Source of the DNA: Glycera tridactyla
Taxonomy: Eukaryota
Assembly (NCBI GenBank): GCA_965644265.1
Contig: OZ286476.1
Coordinates: 20,026,001-20,090,000, forward strand
Reading direction: 5' to 3'
DNA: 64,000 nucleotides
The notes under the pieces are model-generated. The model ran no database searches. It was not told where the DNA came from and saw only the letters and a list, made by a program, of their open reading frames with translations. The position numbers and the translations under genes were made by a program. Shown here piece after piece: positions 13,826 through 26,400 of this stretch (positions are counted from its first letter, which is position 1; the number at the start of each line of letters is the position of its first letter).

Positions 13826-14420
13826 GTATCTACTACTGGCATGCTGCTTCCCTCAGCAGCGCATGAACATAGACAAGCTTGCATGGAGACCACCATCATG
13901 ACAATAAACCCATATTTGCAGAAATGCTACAATAGTATGCAGTTTTAACAATGTGTTTGAATGCTACAGAATGCCTTAGATAGATTTTTTTTCTTTCTTT
14001 TGATATTAAACACTTGAATGAGCACTTGTCAGTTGAATAACATCTTTTGTTTATTTTCATTTCATTTCATTTCAAATATTGATGTGCGCTTTGCATTTTA
14101 GTAAATATGTGGCACATGGTACATCAACCAAGTTGCATATTTATCTGTCAGTATTAGATGTTTTTTCTGTACGCAGTGCATACTAAAGTTTCACAGAAAC
14201 AAACTTAACTTGTACATGCTCTTTTAATGGTTTCATTCCATGTTATTGATGCCTATTTACTCACATAAATTTTTCATTCTTTTTCTGTTGCTATGTTGCT
14301 ATATGTTCATGCATCTTAAATCTTTCCGTCCTTGAATCATTCCATACTTAAGTATATATCACTGTTACTCCACCCTTGTTTCAATCATTTCAACCTTATT
14401 CTTTATGGACATACTCAACA

Positions 14421-14457
<37 letters not shown>

Positions 14458-17400
14458 GCCAAACAAATGTGATATCCCTGAAACCTATCATGAGTATGGC
14501 AGTAAAAGCTTGTTTCATGCTCTGTAGGTGCTCATATTCCGGCATTTCCGGATGATGTATAAATGAAAGAACAGCGTCTTAAATTGGGCATTCTTTTTGT
14601 GGTGTACCGCGGATAAAGTTCTGTGTGCAGCCAGCATTAACTGTACCTGCTTGATACCAGGAATCAAAATTTCTTGTTTGAAGTTCTTTGTCCTATCACA
14701 TGAAATGAGATTTCAGTGTAACAAATTTGTTATAATTATTGGGCAGTGAGGAACATATTCATGAACAGAAGTCATTAATCTTCATGTCATCTCTTTTCAC
14801 GTCTAGCCCAGTTATAAGCATATGATCAGTTTGTTCAGGTAGCAATTCAACATTCATTCTGTTCATCAAATGACACCATATTCCTATTCTCCTGCCTCTC
14901 ATCAGAAATGTATTCTGTTGGAAAAATGGGAACATCCGGTCCCATGGATTTGTATTGATGATAGTCATGTTATCTGTGAATGACAACAAGAAAGAATACA
15001 TCAAATTTTTGTTAGGAGGATCTTAAGTCCCAAATTTTTAGATGTCCAAATATTAGTCATATCCAGTGATGGAGGTGATTTTCATAATGTGATTGGCTAT
15101 AAAAGGGTGAACCACCTGAAATTGCTGCATCTGAATTGGTTCCTCAATCCAAATGCTTCAGATCACACTTGAGTGTGTGACTTCTGTAGACTTTTTTTGT
15201 GAAGCACTATGTCTTCCATTACATTATCATAACTCTAGAGTATTGTGCATGAAGCATTGTACCATTGCCTTACTGTTTGCATCCTGATATAGCTTCAGTT
15301 ATGATCTGCTGTGTTTTAGATAAGTAATATGAAGTAATATCAAATCTTGTCAATGGTCACTATATATAATTCTGTTTAGTATTTATTCGTTTATCTATTT
15401 GTTTCAAAGTTAATTCTCTATGATATATATGATAGATAACGAACAGAATGTATCTATAGATCAAACTTTCAATAATTTATCGTAAAGTTGTCTCACTTGT
15501 ATATTTATATGAAATATGTAAATAATTGAATGACTAGATGATTTTATGTGGCAGCAATATCGTATTTGCTCTTACTAATCTGCTTCAGTTCTGTTTGACA
15601 GATGTGCAGAAGTCAATAGAGCTATTGACTTCAATGGCCCACTCGGCTCTTTCTGTAATGTTCTATCTGCTGGCTACTCTACATCTCTTATGATGCTCAA
15701 AATCTTCAAACTAATACAGTCATATCTTCCTTGTTGGAACTATACGCTTCATAGACAATATTATCAGTATCGCAATAAGATTTATCATCTGAATAGCTTT
15801 ATCATTGATTCGGAAATATTTTGATTGGATTCAGACTTTCTTGCACTAGTTGTCCTCAAGACTATTGCATGCAAAGTCAATCCAATCAGTCCAACAAATT
15901 TCATTCAGATTGTTTTCGATAGTGATATAAAACCAATGAGAATAATATGGTCTATTCACTTGAAGGCTTTCGATACAAAACTAACATGATACAATCAGCT
16001 ATCTTGGTAATATGCTCATGCCTTCATCATTGTTGCTATTCTTGTAACATTCTTGTAACATTCATCTCAATCATCTCTCTCGCTCTTCATCCTTCATCAC
16101 AATCATCCTCTCATACTGACAGCTGCTCTGCTCTTACACAGTAACACACATCTGCGAACCATGCACATAAGTGAAACAACTATTCAAGTAAATATACACA
16201 TAATCACACTCATCCGCAAGCCTATTAATGAAATTGATGGGTTTGTGGGCATACAATTATCATTCAGTCATCCATAATGTGTGACTGGACACATTTACTT
16301 CAAGGTACCCCATTTATTCCTCTTTCTATATTTACACATAAGGTATCCTTTTCCCATTAGTATTCAGCAAACACTTTGTTTATTTGGTATGGTTCCATTA
16401 TATTTAATGGAGCTTTCCATGATCATATTCAATATCATGTGGTATGTATAAACCTTTTGTACTATTAAATATCATTCTTTTTATCTTTGCATATTAAATT
16501 CAACCAATATATATTATGCGCTGCGAATATTTTCTTTCAATATTTAAATACATGTTGTTTCATCACCAATTTATTGTACACACAAACTTCTGCTTCTTCC
16601 AATTCTTTCTCTGTACCTTCCTTTTTGTGCTTCTAATATCCACAGTCTTGTTGGCCTGTCATCAATGATTTGGCTTGCTTTCTCGCATCTGCATTGCCTT
16701 TCTGAGAATGTTTCTTGTCTCAAATCGATCCCTTCCTAGAAACCCTCATGGCGATCATGGTGTCATGAGGTTGGGATCATCGTGTTGTTTATCTGTTGGT
16801 TATTCATTTGCTGATTAAGAATTCTTCTTTTCTTTTCTAATCATCTTGCTTATATTTGTATCTCTTGATTTCAGCATGTTATTTGCATGCCAGGTCTGTC
16901 AACCTGACTTAGTAATTTAATGCGCTTAGGACTGACTCAGCATGTGAATAATAACTCAGGATACTGCCACCATAAGAGTTGTATTCTCTAGCACTCAGGT
17001 GTAATCATTCAAAAATACATTCCTGTTGTGTAAATGGTTGCTTTGATGCAATGTGCTTTGTTTACAGCTGTTACCATGGAAACAGTGCAACAAGTTGTCG
17101 AGGTACCCACAACACAGGTTGGTGCCCAGCAGGTGCAGGTTACTATGAGGACTGCACAGCTCGTGGGACCAACCACAGTGCAGACAGTGCAACAACAGCA
17201 AGAAATATCAGCGGAGATGGTTGAAGCTGGTCTTACTCCTCAGACCCAGGAGTCGGCTACGTCTGGTCAAGTTACAATGCAGTTTGTTACATCAGAACAG
17301 ACCATGCCAGCAGAAATGCAGGCTATGATTCAGCAAGCTCAATTCCAAACTGGACAAATCGGCGAGATCTCTATCGATACGATCCCCGAAGGTGCTACAG

Positions 17401-20400
17401 AACAGCAGGTCACTACCATAATCAGGTCTGCAGAAGTTGTACAGCCGAAGCCACTTCAGGCTATGGAACAACAAGCCCAGTTCCAGATGGGACAGATGGG
17501 AGAATTCACTGTTGAGGCCATGCCAGTGGATGCAACTCAAGAGCAGGTTATGACACAAGTGACTACAGCTCAGGTCTTGCAACCTACCCAGTTACAGGCA
17601 ATAGAACAACAGGCACAGTTCCAGATGGGACAAATGGGAGAATTCACAGTTGAGGCAATGCCAGAAGAATCAACCCAAGAGCAGGTGATGACACAAGTCA
17701 CTACTGCTCAAGTTGTGCAGCCTGCGCAACTGCAAGCAATGGAACAGCAGGCCCAGTTCCAGATGGGACAGACTGGAGAATTCACAGTCGAAACAATGCC
17801 AGAAGAATCGACCCAAGAGCAGGTGATGACACAAGTTACTACTGCTCAAGTTGTGCAGCCTGCGCAACTGCAAGCAATGGAACAGCAGGCCCAGTTCCAG
17901 ATGGGACAGACTGGAGAATTCACAGTCGAGACAATGCCAGAAGGTGCAACTCATGGGGAAGTTCTGACTGAAGTAACAACAGCCCAAGTGATGCAGCCAA
18001 TGCAGATACAGGCGATTGAACAACAAGCTCAGTTCCAAGTGGGTCAAGTTGGAGAATTCGTTTCAGAGATGGTTCCTCAAGAAAGTACAACTGTTGAAGT
18101 CACTACAAAGGTGACCTCTGCTGAGGTACAACAGCCTATGCACATGCAGGCTATGGAGCAACAAGAACAGTTCCAAGTCGGTCAGGTACAAGAATTTGCT
18201 GTTGAAATGAAGCCAGAGGGTGTTACTCAGGAGGAGGTTGCACCAGAGGTTACCTCTGCCATGATCATTCAACCAACACAACAGCAGGCACTGGAACAAC
18301 AGGCACAGTTTGCTGTTGGACAGTTTGGTGAAATAGACACTGAAGTTGCGCCAGATGTTGTAGCACCGACTGATGTTACTCTTGATGTAGCACAAGCACA
18401 AGCCGAGCCTCAGATAATGACTCAAGTTGGTCTGCAACAAGAAGCCATGGCCTCTGAGGTGATTGCAGAAGGAATTCAAGAGCAGACACCTGAGCTGATT
18501 GCACCACAGGAGATTGCTGTTGATGTCACTATGGCGTCACAGGTGACACCTGCTGAAATTCGTGTTCAGGAGCAAATCTCGAGAGTTCTCTCTGAGGAAA
18601 GTCTTGAAGAGGAGTTTGTTGATGCTGCTGAAGAAGTGGCTGTACCTACCGAAATTGGTGTTGCCACAACCACAGCGCAAGTTGAAATGCCTCAAGCCAC
18701 ATTCCTAACAGAACAACAAGCACAGATGCAGATGGAAGTGACTGCTGAAGGTGTGGTGGCACCACAACCTGAAGAGATCATTGCTGGACAGGTTCAAGTG
18801 ACAGCTGTCACGGCAGAGATGGGTATCAAACCACAAACACTCGTTATGGAACAAGCACCAGAAGAAATGCCCAGTGAACAAATTGCAGAAGGTGTCCAAG
18901 CACCAGAAGGTGTGGTGATCGCTCCAGGAGAAGTGGCACCAATGGTTGTCACCGCAGAATTGAGTGGTGTACCACAAGTCCAAGCCATGGAACAAGCTCA
19001 AACAGTTCCAGGAGAAGAGGTGACCAGTGGAGTTATGGTTATTGAAGGTCAGACACTTGCACCTGAACAAGTCACAGGGGTCATGGATACTGCTACTGCA
19101 GCGTTGATGATGCCTTCCCAGATGCATGTTGTTGAACAACAGGGGCAAGTCACCACAGAAGTTATTGAGGAGTCTGTAACTCTGCCAACTGGTGAAACTG
19201 TTGTAACACAGAAAGTTATCACTAAAACGTCAACTGCAACACCACAGGAACCCATGGTCATGCAAGTCGGTCCACAGGAAGTAGTCATGACGAGTGAGCA
19301 AGTTGATACCGTTCAACCACAGCAGATCCAGGAAATGACAACGCAACAAGTCGTCACTACCTTGGGTACTGCAACTGCTGAGGGACAAACTACTTTGACC
19401 ACCGCCCAAGATTTCACCATGACTATGGAAGGTCAGCCACAAGAGATCACTATGGTAACAGATATGCAGATGATGGAGCCACAGCAGGTTACTACCGAGA
19501 TGGATTCCGCCATGGTTACCGTCCCGAGTATGATGGCGACTGAAGTTGTCTCAGAAGGTATAACCATGGATGTGACACAGCCGACACAAGGTAACGGTCA
19601 CGCATGGTGTGACGCTAGCGAAATGGCATCCTTCTTTGCATACTTTTTATACTTCATGTGATGCATGTCTCATTCGATTACTATCATTATTATTAGTACA
19701 ATTAAATGTATTGCATGAATTATGAATTAAAATTTGCATGTTACTTAATAACTTTAATTTGATTTGTGTGTATTCTTGTTATTAGTTTAAGTCACATTTT
19801 TATTTTGCTCTTAATTCTTTTCTTCTGTTTGGTCTATTCTGCAGCCACTCATTCTAAGCTATGTCTTGCATTTGAACACTCCGAGTGTTTCTGTTGCTTA
19901 GAATGCATTCATCTCATTTTAACATTATGATACGTCTTGCTTTTCTTTTCTGGATAACTGCTCTTGATTTGTATTCCTGTTATGGAATCAAGAGATGTGA
20001 TATCTAGCTACTAGCGCTGATATTCTTTTTCAGTTTTTGCTCAAATATAAGTTGCATGTGGCATGATGCTGCATCCTAATATAGTGATAATTTGTACTTT
20101 TTATGTGTGTTTTGTATGTAGTCAAGTCACTTATCAGAGGGCGGAACATCTAGCTCTCTTCAATCTGAAACACAATGCATATGTTAACCTGTGGATAGAT
20201 ACATGCCGTTGAACTATCAACCAACCAACCTTTCAGAGATGATGACATTATCTAGTTTTGACTCTCGGAAGTATTTCTTCTGTTTGAGATCACTAGAAAC
20301 GAATGTGATTCAGAGACTGCGCATTGCAAAGAGTGTAAGATGTGTGTATTCAGCAACAACAGAGCCTTATCCTTTGCAGCAAATCTGCAAAAAGTTTTCA

Positions 20401-22200
20401 GGAAGGAGGATATCAGCCTCACTCAAACTTGGGCTTTGAGATTTCATCAAATTCTCTGTTGACACCAACTTGCGGCTATGAAAAGCTTGTAGAATCACAG
20501 GTTTTGATTCTTCTATCTCAAATATGCTACCTGATCTGGTAGCTAATGGTGTCAGTTGCAGTGAGTGAGTGGAATTCTTTATAACCTGTTATTGAAAAAA
20601 TATATGATAAAGTCCATGATCTTGCAGGGAATTCCTCCATATGCAGGACATATTGCTTCATATGTAGTACTGGTACCTGATATATAGTGCAAAGCCGAAA
20701 GGAGATCAAAAAGAATAGTGGTGTTTCAGCTCATCCTCAACAGATATGCATATTCTTATCTCATGTGTGCTGCTTTTGCGACTGCTCGTGCCTTGCGAAG
20801 CGCATGCGTTGAAGATTGTGGAGTGATTTAATTAACATATTTATTTTATCTTTCAGGTGGTTTGAGGCATGTGATATTTCAGCATCATTCTGTACTGTGA
20901 ATTTTCTGAAATAATTCAGATTATCCATCCAGGATCTTGGGTCCAGGAGGATTATGTAAAATGAGTATCTATAGATGGGTGAGAGGATATGCTGGCCCCT
21001 GTCTCGGTTCAGTTCATCCACATCTATTTCTCAGCTCCCTGGTTTAGTTGAGATATAATCATGTCCTTGTAATTTGACTTCGTATAGATAGTTTGCAGTA
21101 CAGAATGGTGAATCATACACTGTTTCGAGGTCTGTTGACTCCTGAAATGGCAGAAAAGATTAACTCAATTGTGGAATATGTATACTGAAGAAGGCTTCAT
21201 AGGGGCACTAAGTGATGATTTCACCACAAAATGTCTCGCATCTACTACAGGCATAAAGAAAAATACCCATAAAATACCACATTTGATTGATACAGTAAAA
21301 CAAAAAGTGGTCTCTCAAGACAGGTGGTCTCTCATTGAGGGTATTTTTGACTATGTCAAATAGAAAAGAGCCGATAAAGAGCGGTCTCCCATTAGAGGGT
21401 GGTCTCCCAAAAGAGGGGTCTCCCAAGACAGGTTTCACTGTATTATCAGATCTTCAGCATTCAAGAGTATCATTCAAAATTGTAGGAAACCAGATATATG
21501 CTGTAATATATAAAAAGTGATATGGTAACAGTCCTATGAGTATCTGATTTATCCACTTTCAAATCAATATTCATTTAGGATATCCCTGATGTGGCATATC
21601 TCTACTGAAACATATCAAGATATGTGGAAATTTCCCCACAAGATATTATGGATTAATCAGCACTGCCTAGTGTGTACCATTGAAAATATTGCTGATTGAT
21701 ATTCTTAGGCATTCATAAAGTTAGTCGTTACAAAAATTACAGAATTCTTATATGTGGATTCCAGTCAGAGTGAGAGGAAGAAATCTCACTTTTGTCTTAT
21801 CCTAGTGTTATTGGGATGAAAGACATTTCCACAACAGTTTCACCTTTTCCTGCCTTTTCAGTTATTTCAGCAGCTGATTCAAAGAGTTAATTAAATGTAA
21901 CCAAATGTGTGGTTGAACTTCATGATTGTACAAGCAGCATTCCGCGGTCTTCATCATTTAGATCTATAACGTATTCACCATGGGATATAGAGCCGCTGTT
22001 TTTTCTCAGACCTTGATTGATGATCTTTTCACTCTTTGACCAATGAAAACCACTGAGAACAACTTCCAGTGAATAATGGGCCAGAAAGGTAAAAATGTGA
22101 GCCACGGGCCGAGGCCCACCAGAAATCTGAAGCTCTGGGGCCATCCATTTCTTTAGTCTCATATAATCTAACTTTGGACCATAGAGATGTTGGGCTCTAC

Positions 22201-22264
<64 letters not shown>

Positions 22265-23397
22265 CTGATCAGATCAAGCCATCATGGCCTGAAACAAATT
22301 GGGATATTCAAAGTGTAAGAATATGCGCTTTGGATATCAAATCACTCTAAAATATGAGGTATTTTCTTTCCAAGAATGTTGCTTGACAATTTGGTAGTTC
22401 AGCCACAGATTATAGTTTGTGTCAGATTCTTGTTTTGTATTGGTGAAAAAAAATTGACGGGATATTGTTATGAATTATGACCAGAAGAGTAGTATTCCTT
22501 CAGGTAGAGTTCATTCTTACTTTTATCTGGTAATTTCTTACGCCATTTGAAATGTACACATACTACCAAACAAAATATTGACCATTCAATCTTTGACTTT
22601 GATACTTTCTGATTTGTGATTGATATGGCCAAAGATTGGTGACTTCCATGGAACTATGTACTTTCCATGATGCTGTCCTCGAATGTTTCTTTTGAATTTT
22701 TGTTTTAACAATTATTTTGTGCTTCTCCTCGATCAAAAATATACAGAAGACTGGTCAATATACAAAGACTGGTCATTAAAATTCAAGCCGTTTTCTTCAT
22801 TTGTCCAATAGGAATTACAAAATTCTGTGTTCATTTCAATCTGAATCTTTCAGTTCTTGGATCTTAGAGATTCAATATTTGTCTGGGTAATTCATGAATG
22901 ATTCTACATAGCATACAATTCCGGATTCCACCAGACAAGACAAGATTTTTGATGCTCACTCAAGTACAATAAGATGTACACTTTATGCAGGGATGTGATT
23001 CTTCCACGGTCAGTGTTTTTGTTTGTGAGCCAATCACATCCCTGTTTATGGCGCGTTTCTTTTCAATTGTACATTATGATTTCATTCATTGTGTTGTGCC
23101 TCAAATCCCATTCATTATCTCGTACTTTAGATCCCTACCTAATTCTTCACAACATAGGAACACACTACCTTGTTTTACACCTATACTGATGGTATATGTG
23201 ATTCTAACACACACATAAGTTGAAAGATACTAGGCTAATAGTCTGTCATATCAACCGGGCAATCCAGTAGTCTGCCCTTTGGTCGGGAGGGTGGTTCGGA
23301 TTCTTCATCTCCAGGCTCCGTATTTAGTTCATTTGACCACATACATGTATGATGCAGATGCACACACATGCGTGCACACATATGTGAGCTTACACAC

Positions 23398-23445
<48 letters not shown>

Positions 23446-26400
23446 TTTTTTAGTGATAGGAATCATGTCAGAGACATATTTCCAGATTGTACTGGCAACA
23501 GGTCCATGAAATGTGTTCCAAATGCCCAAATTATTTTTTGGCTTGTATGGGATTTGAACCATCAACCTTCCAGTTTGGCACCCTTGCCAGCAACAAACTG
23601 CCAGCGCTCTTGTCCNNNNNNNNNNNNNNNNNNNNNNNNNNNNNNNNNNNNNNNNNNNNNNNNNNNNNNNNNNNNNNNNNNNNNNNNNNNNNNNNNNNNN
23701 NNNNNNNNNNNNNNNNNNNNNNNNNNNNNNNNNNNNNNNNNNNNNNNNNNNNNNNNNNNNAAGCATCTGCATCCATAATGGAACTCCATAATAGTTGCCA
23801 GACGATGAGTTGATACTTCATACATTCCAACTAAGGTGTACAATAGTATGCGCACTCATTGAAGTCTGAGGGGTAACTGGAAAATATCAATAGAGACACA
23901 AGTCGTCCATGATTCTGGCAGGTGTTTGCCATGGGTTATCATATAAGGGTGCTCACGGTATTTGGTCATATCATTAGTTGTGTAAACATCCAATAGCATG
24001 TGTAGGGAGACATATGTGATCATGCCCCTCTCACACACCAATACACACACACACACACACATACACACACACACACACACATTTGCGTGCATGCAAACAA
24101 ACAAGCAACACAGACTCACACACACACATTGATCGCTACATTCCAGCTACATTCCGAAGTTCTGCGCTGAAAACTGATGTTGGCTCATTTCAAATATGTG
24201 ACATTCCCCGCATCACTTTCATCATTCCCCCATCATTCCATCCATCATCTCATCTCGTCATTCATCATCCATAATATCATTTCTATGTTATTGTGATCAT
24301 TTTTGACATGGTCAAAGGTCTGTGCAAGTGTTTTATTTTTGGATCTGTACTTTTGAAGATTTTGATGATCAAAAGTACCGATTCAAATCTGCAAATGCTA
24401 CCCCAGATCTCGGCCATGCACTGCGGCTTTGGACACATCAAAGTGTCTATTCTGCAACTTTGAATGTTTGACTGATTGTTTTTTTTCTCTTTTAATTTAT
24501 TTTATCTGATGCTGTGTCTTCTCCAGAAGTGCAAGAGGGTATGACAATCTCGTAAGTTGGTTTACTTCTATTATTGTCTCAACCAAAAGGAAACAAATAT
24601 CAGTCATTTTCTCTAAATATAAAGCAGCAAATGCTTAGGTGATTCGATGTGATGTTGGAATTTCAATTGTTCAGGCAAGTTGAATATGCCTAGTGAATTT
24701 CATCAGTATTCCGCTTCACTGAAATGTCAGTAACTTTTAAGTGCAATTTCTTTCATGCCAAAGATTTTGTTGTTTTAAATCAAGATCATTTGTAACAAAT
24801 TGGAGGGTTAGTGTAATTATATGCCTTGTGTTTCATGACACATGACATCTGCTCAAAGCACATAAGGTTATCGCTGATATGCCGAAAAGCACCCATGGTT
24901 TCAATATACTCTTAATGGCTCATAAAAAAAGCACAGAGCCATTTGCGGTGTTCTTGAAAGTATCTTGCTAAAATCTAATGAAATTTTTCAACTAGACGAG
25001 TTGTGCTTTACTACCTATCATCCTCCAAATGTGAATAGTTACTTCTTTGGAGGCAGTGAGGGGTTTTGCTATGTGCTCTGCCCAAGCAAGTAATTCCTTA
25101 CTGAGAAATGCTCAGCGTGAACAGACCTTTGAAAATATTTTATCATAAAGTTGGGTGAAGTTTGGTCCCAGACTGAACATCATACTTTGATACCCATGAC
25201 GATAGACCCCTCGGTGAGAGACCACCTGTGACGAGAGATTGCCTCGAATGTCAGTAAATAGTAGTCTCCTGAAAGAGATGGTCTCTCATTGGATGTATAT
25301 TTGACTATGTCAATTAGAAAAGCTGCCCTGATAAAGCAATCTTCGTCAGAGGTGGTCCCTCATCAAGGGTCTGTCATTGGTGGTTTGACTGTATCATCCA
25401 GGGATGTGATTCTTCTGTGAATCCGCATATTCCCGACAATCAGCAGGCCATGTGCATGACAGCAAAGAGCCTTCTCTGCTGAGTATATTGGCTTTTAGAT
25501 CATGAAAATTGGACCAGTATTAGTGGGGATAGAGCACAATGTTTGTATGGAGTTCTGGTAGCCTTCAGTCACCAGTTGTTTGGGTTTGTTGATCCACAAA
25601 ATCTTAGTGTAAGTGCTACCGGTCAGGTTTTCAGTGTTTTTGTTTGTGAGCCAATCACATCCCTGATCATCACAGGTTTGACTGTATATTTACATTTTCA
25701 CATCCTGTGTTTCATCTCATTATAGTTTGACCAGCCAGCAGCAGGTGATCACTGAAGATACCACTGACCTGACTGTCATTCCTGGTAAGTACAAACCTTT
25801 CAGTGTCTACCCTTATCATTGTATGTATGTACGATGTAGTACAGTTTTCATTTGTAATGAATCAACCCCACCCCCACCTCCCTCCATTATAATTCTCCTG
25901 GTGGCTGCCATCTGGCCTTCCTTGGCTACTTTTATTGTCAGATCAGGGGTGAAGAAGTTTGTCCTGGAAAGTGTCATGTGCGATAATGACAATCAAACAA
26001 TTTTAACTTTGGAGGGATAGCACTGCTTTTAAATTTTGAAGGATAGCACTTATCGTGAATTATCGAAGAATTTGGTGAAATTTCTTAGCCTATAAGATTT
26101 TGATTCAACTGAAACGAATCAGTCCCTTATTTGAATCTTCGTATGAGTGTGCGATGCCTCCGGTTACTCGAGCTTCTAGATTGTAAAGTGAATATTTGAT
26201 TAGGAGATACATATAGAGCAGTCTTATATACTTGCCTCTTTCAAATTACCAATAAATTTGGATTTGCCAGCATTTGAATTTTTCATATTCACAATGCCGT
26301 TGTACCGACTGGTCTCTCCCTGCATTCAATGAATTATTCTCATATTGAGAATGAAACTGTGTTTAATAATACACCATTGCAATGTACAAATTACATCCTC

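Noticed and set aside
3523-13899. Many antisense and alternate-frame ORFs over the giant exon (up to 309 aa)
   Set aside because: Shadows of a long repetitive sense ORF with biased codons; no recognisable domains or splice logic.
14528-16760. Additional AG acceptors at 14527 and 16645
   Set aside because: In-phase reading stops within 7-11 codons, with no donor or other support.
23235-24274. ORFs of CVCV/HTHT type, some spanning N-runs (also 33514-34373)
   Set aside because: Translations of (CA)n microsatellites and assembly gaps.
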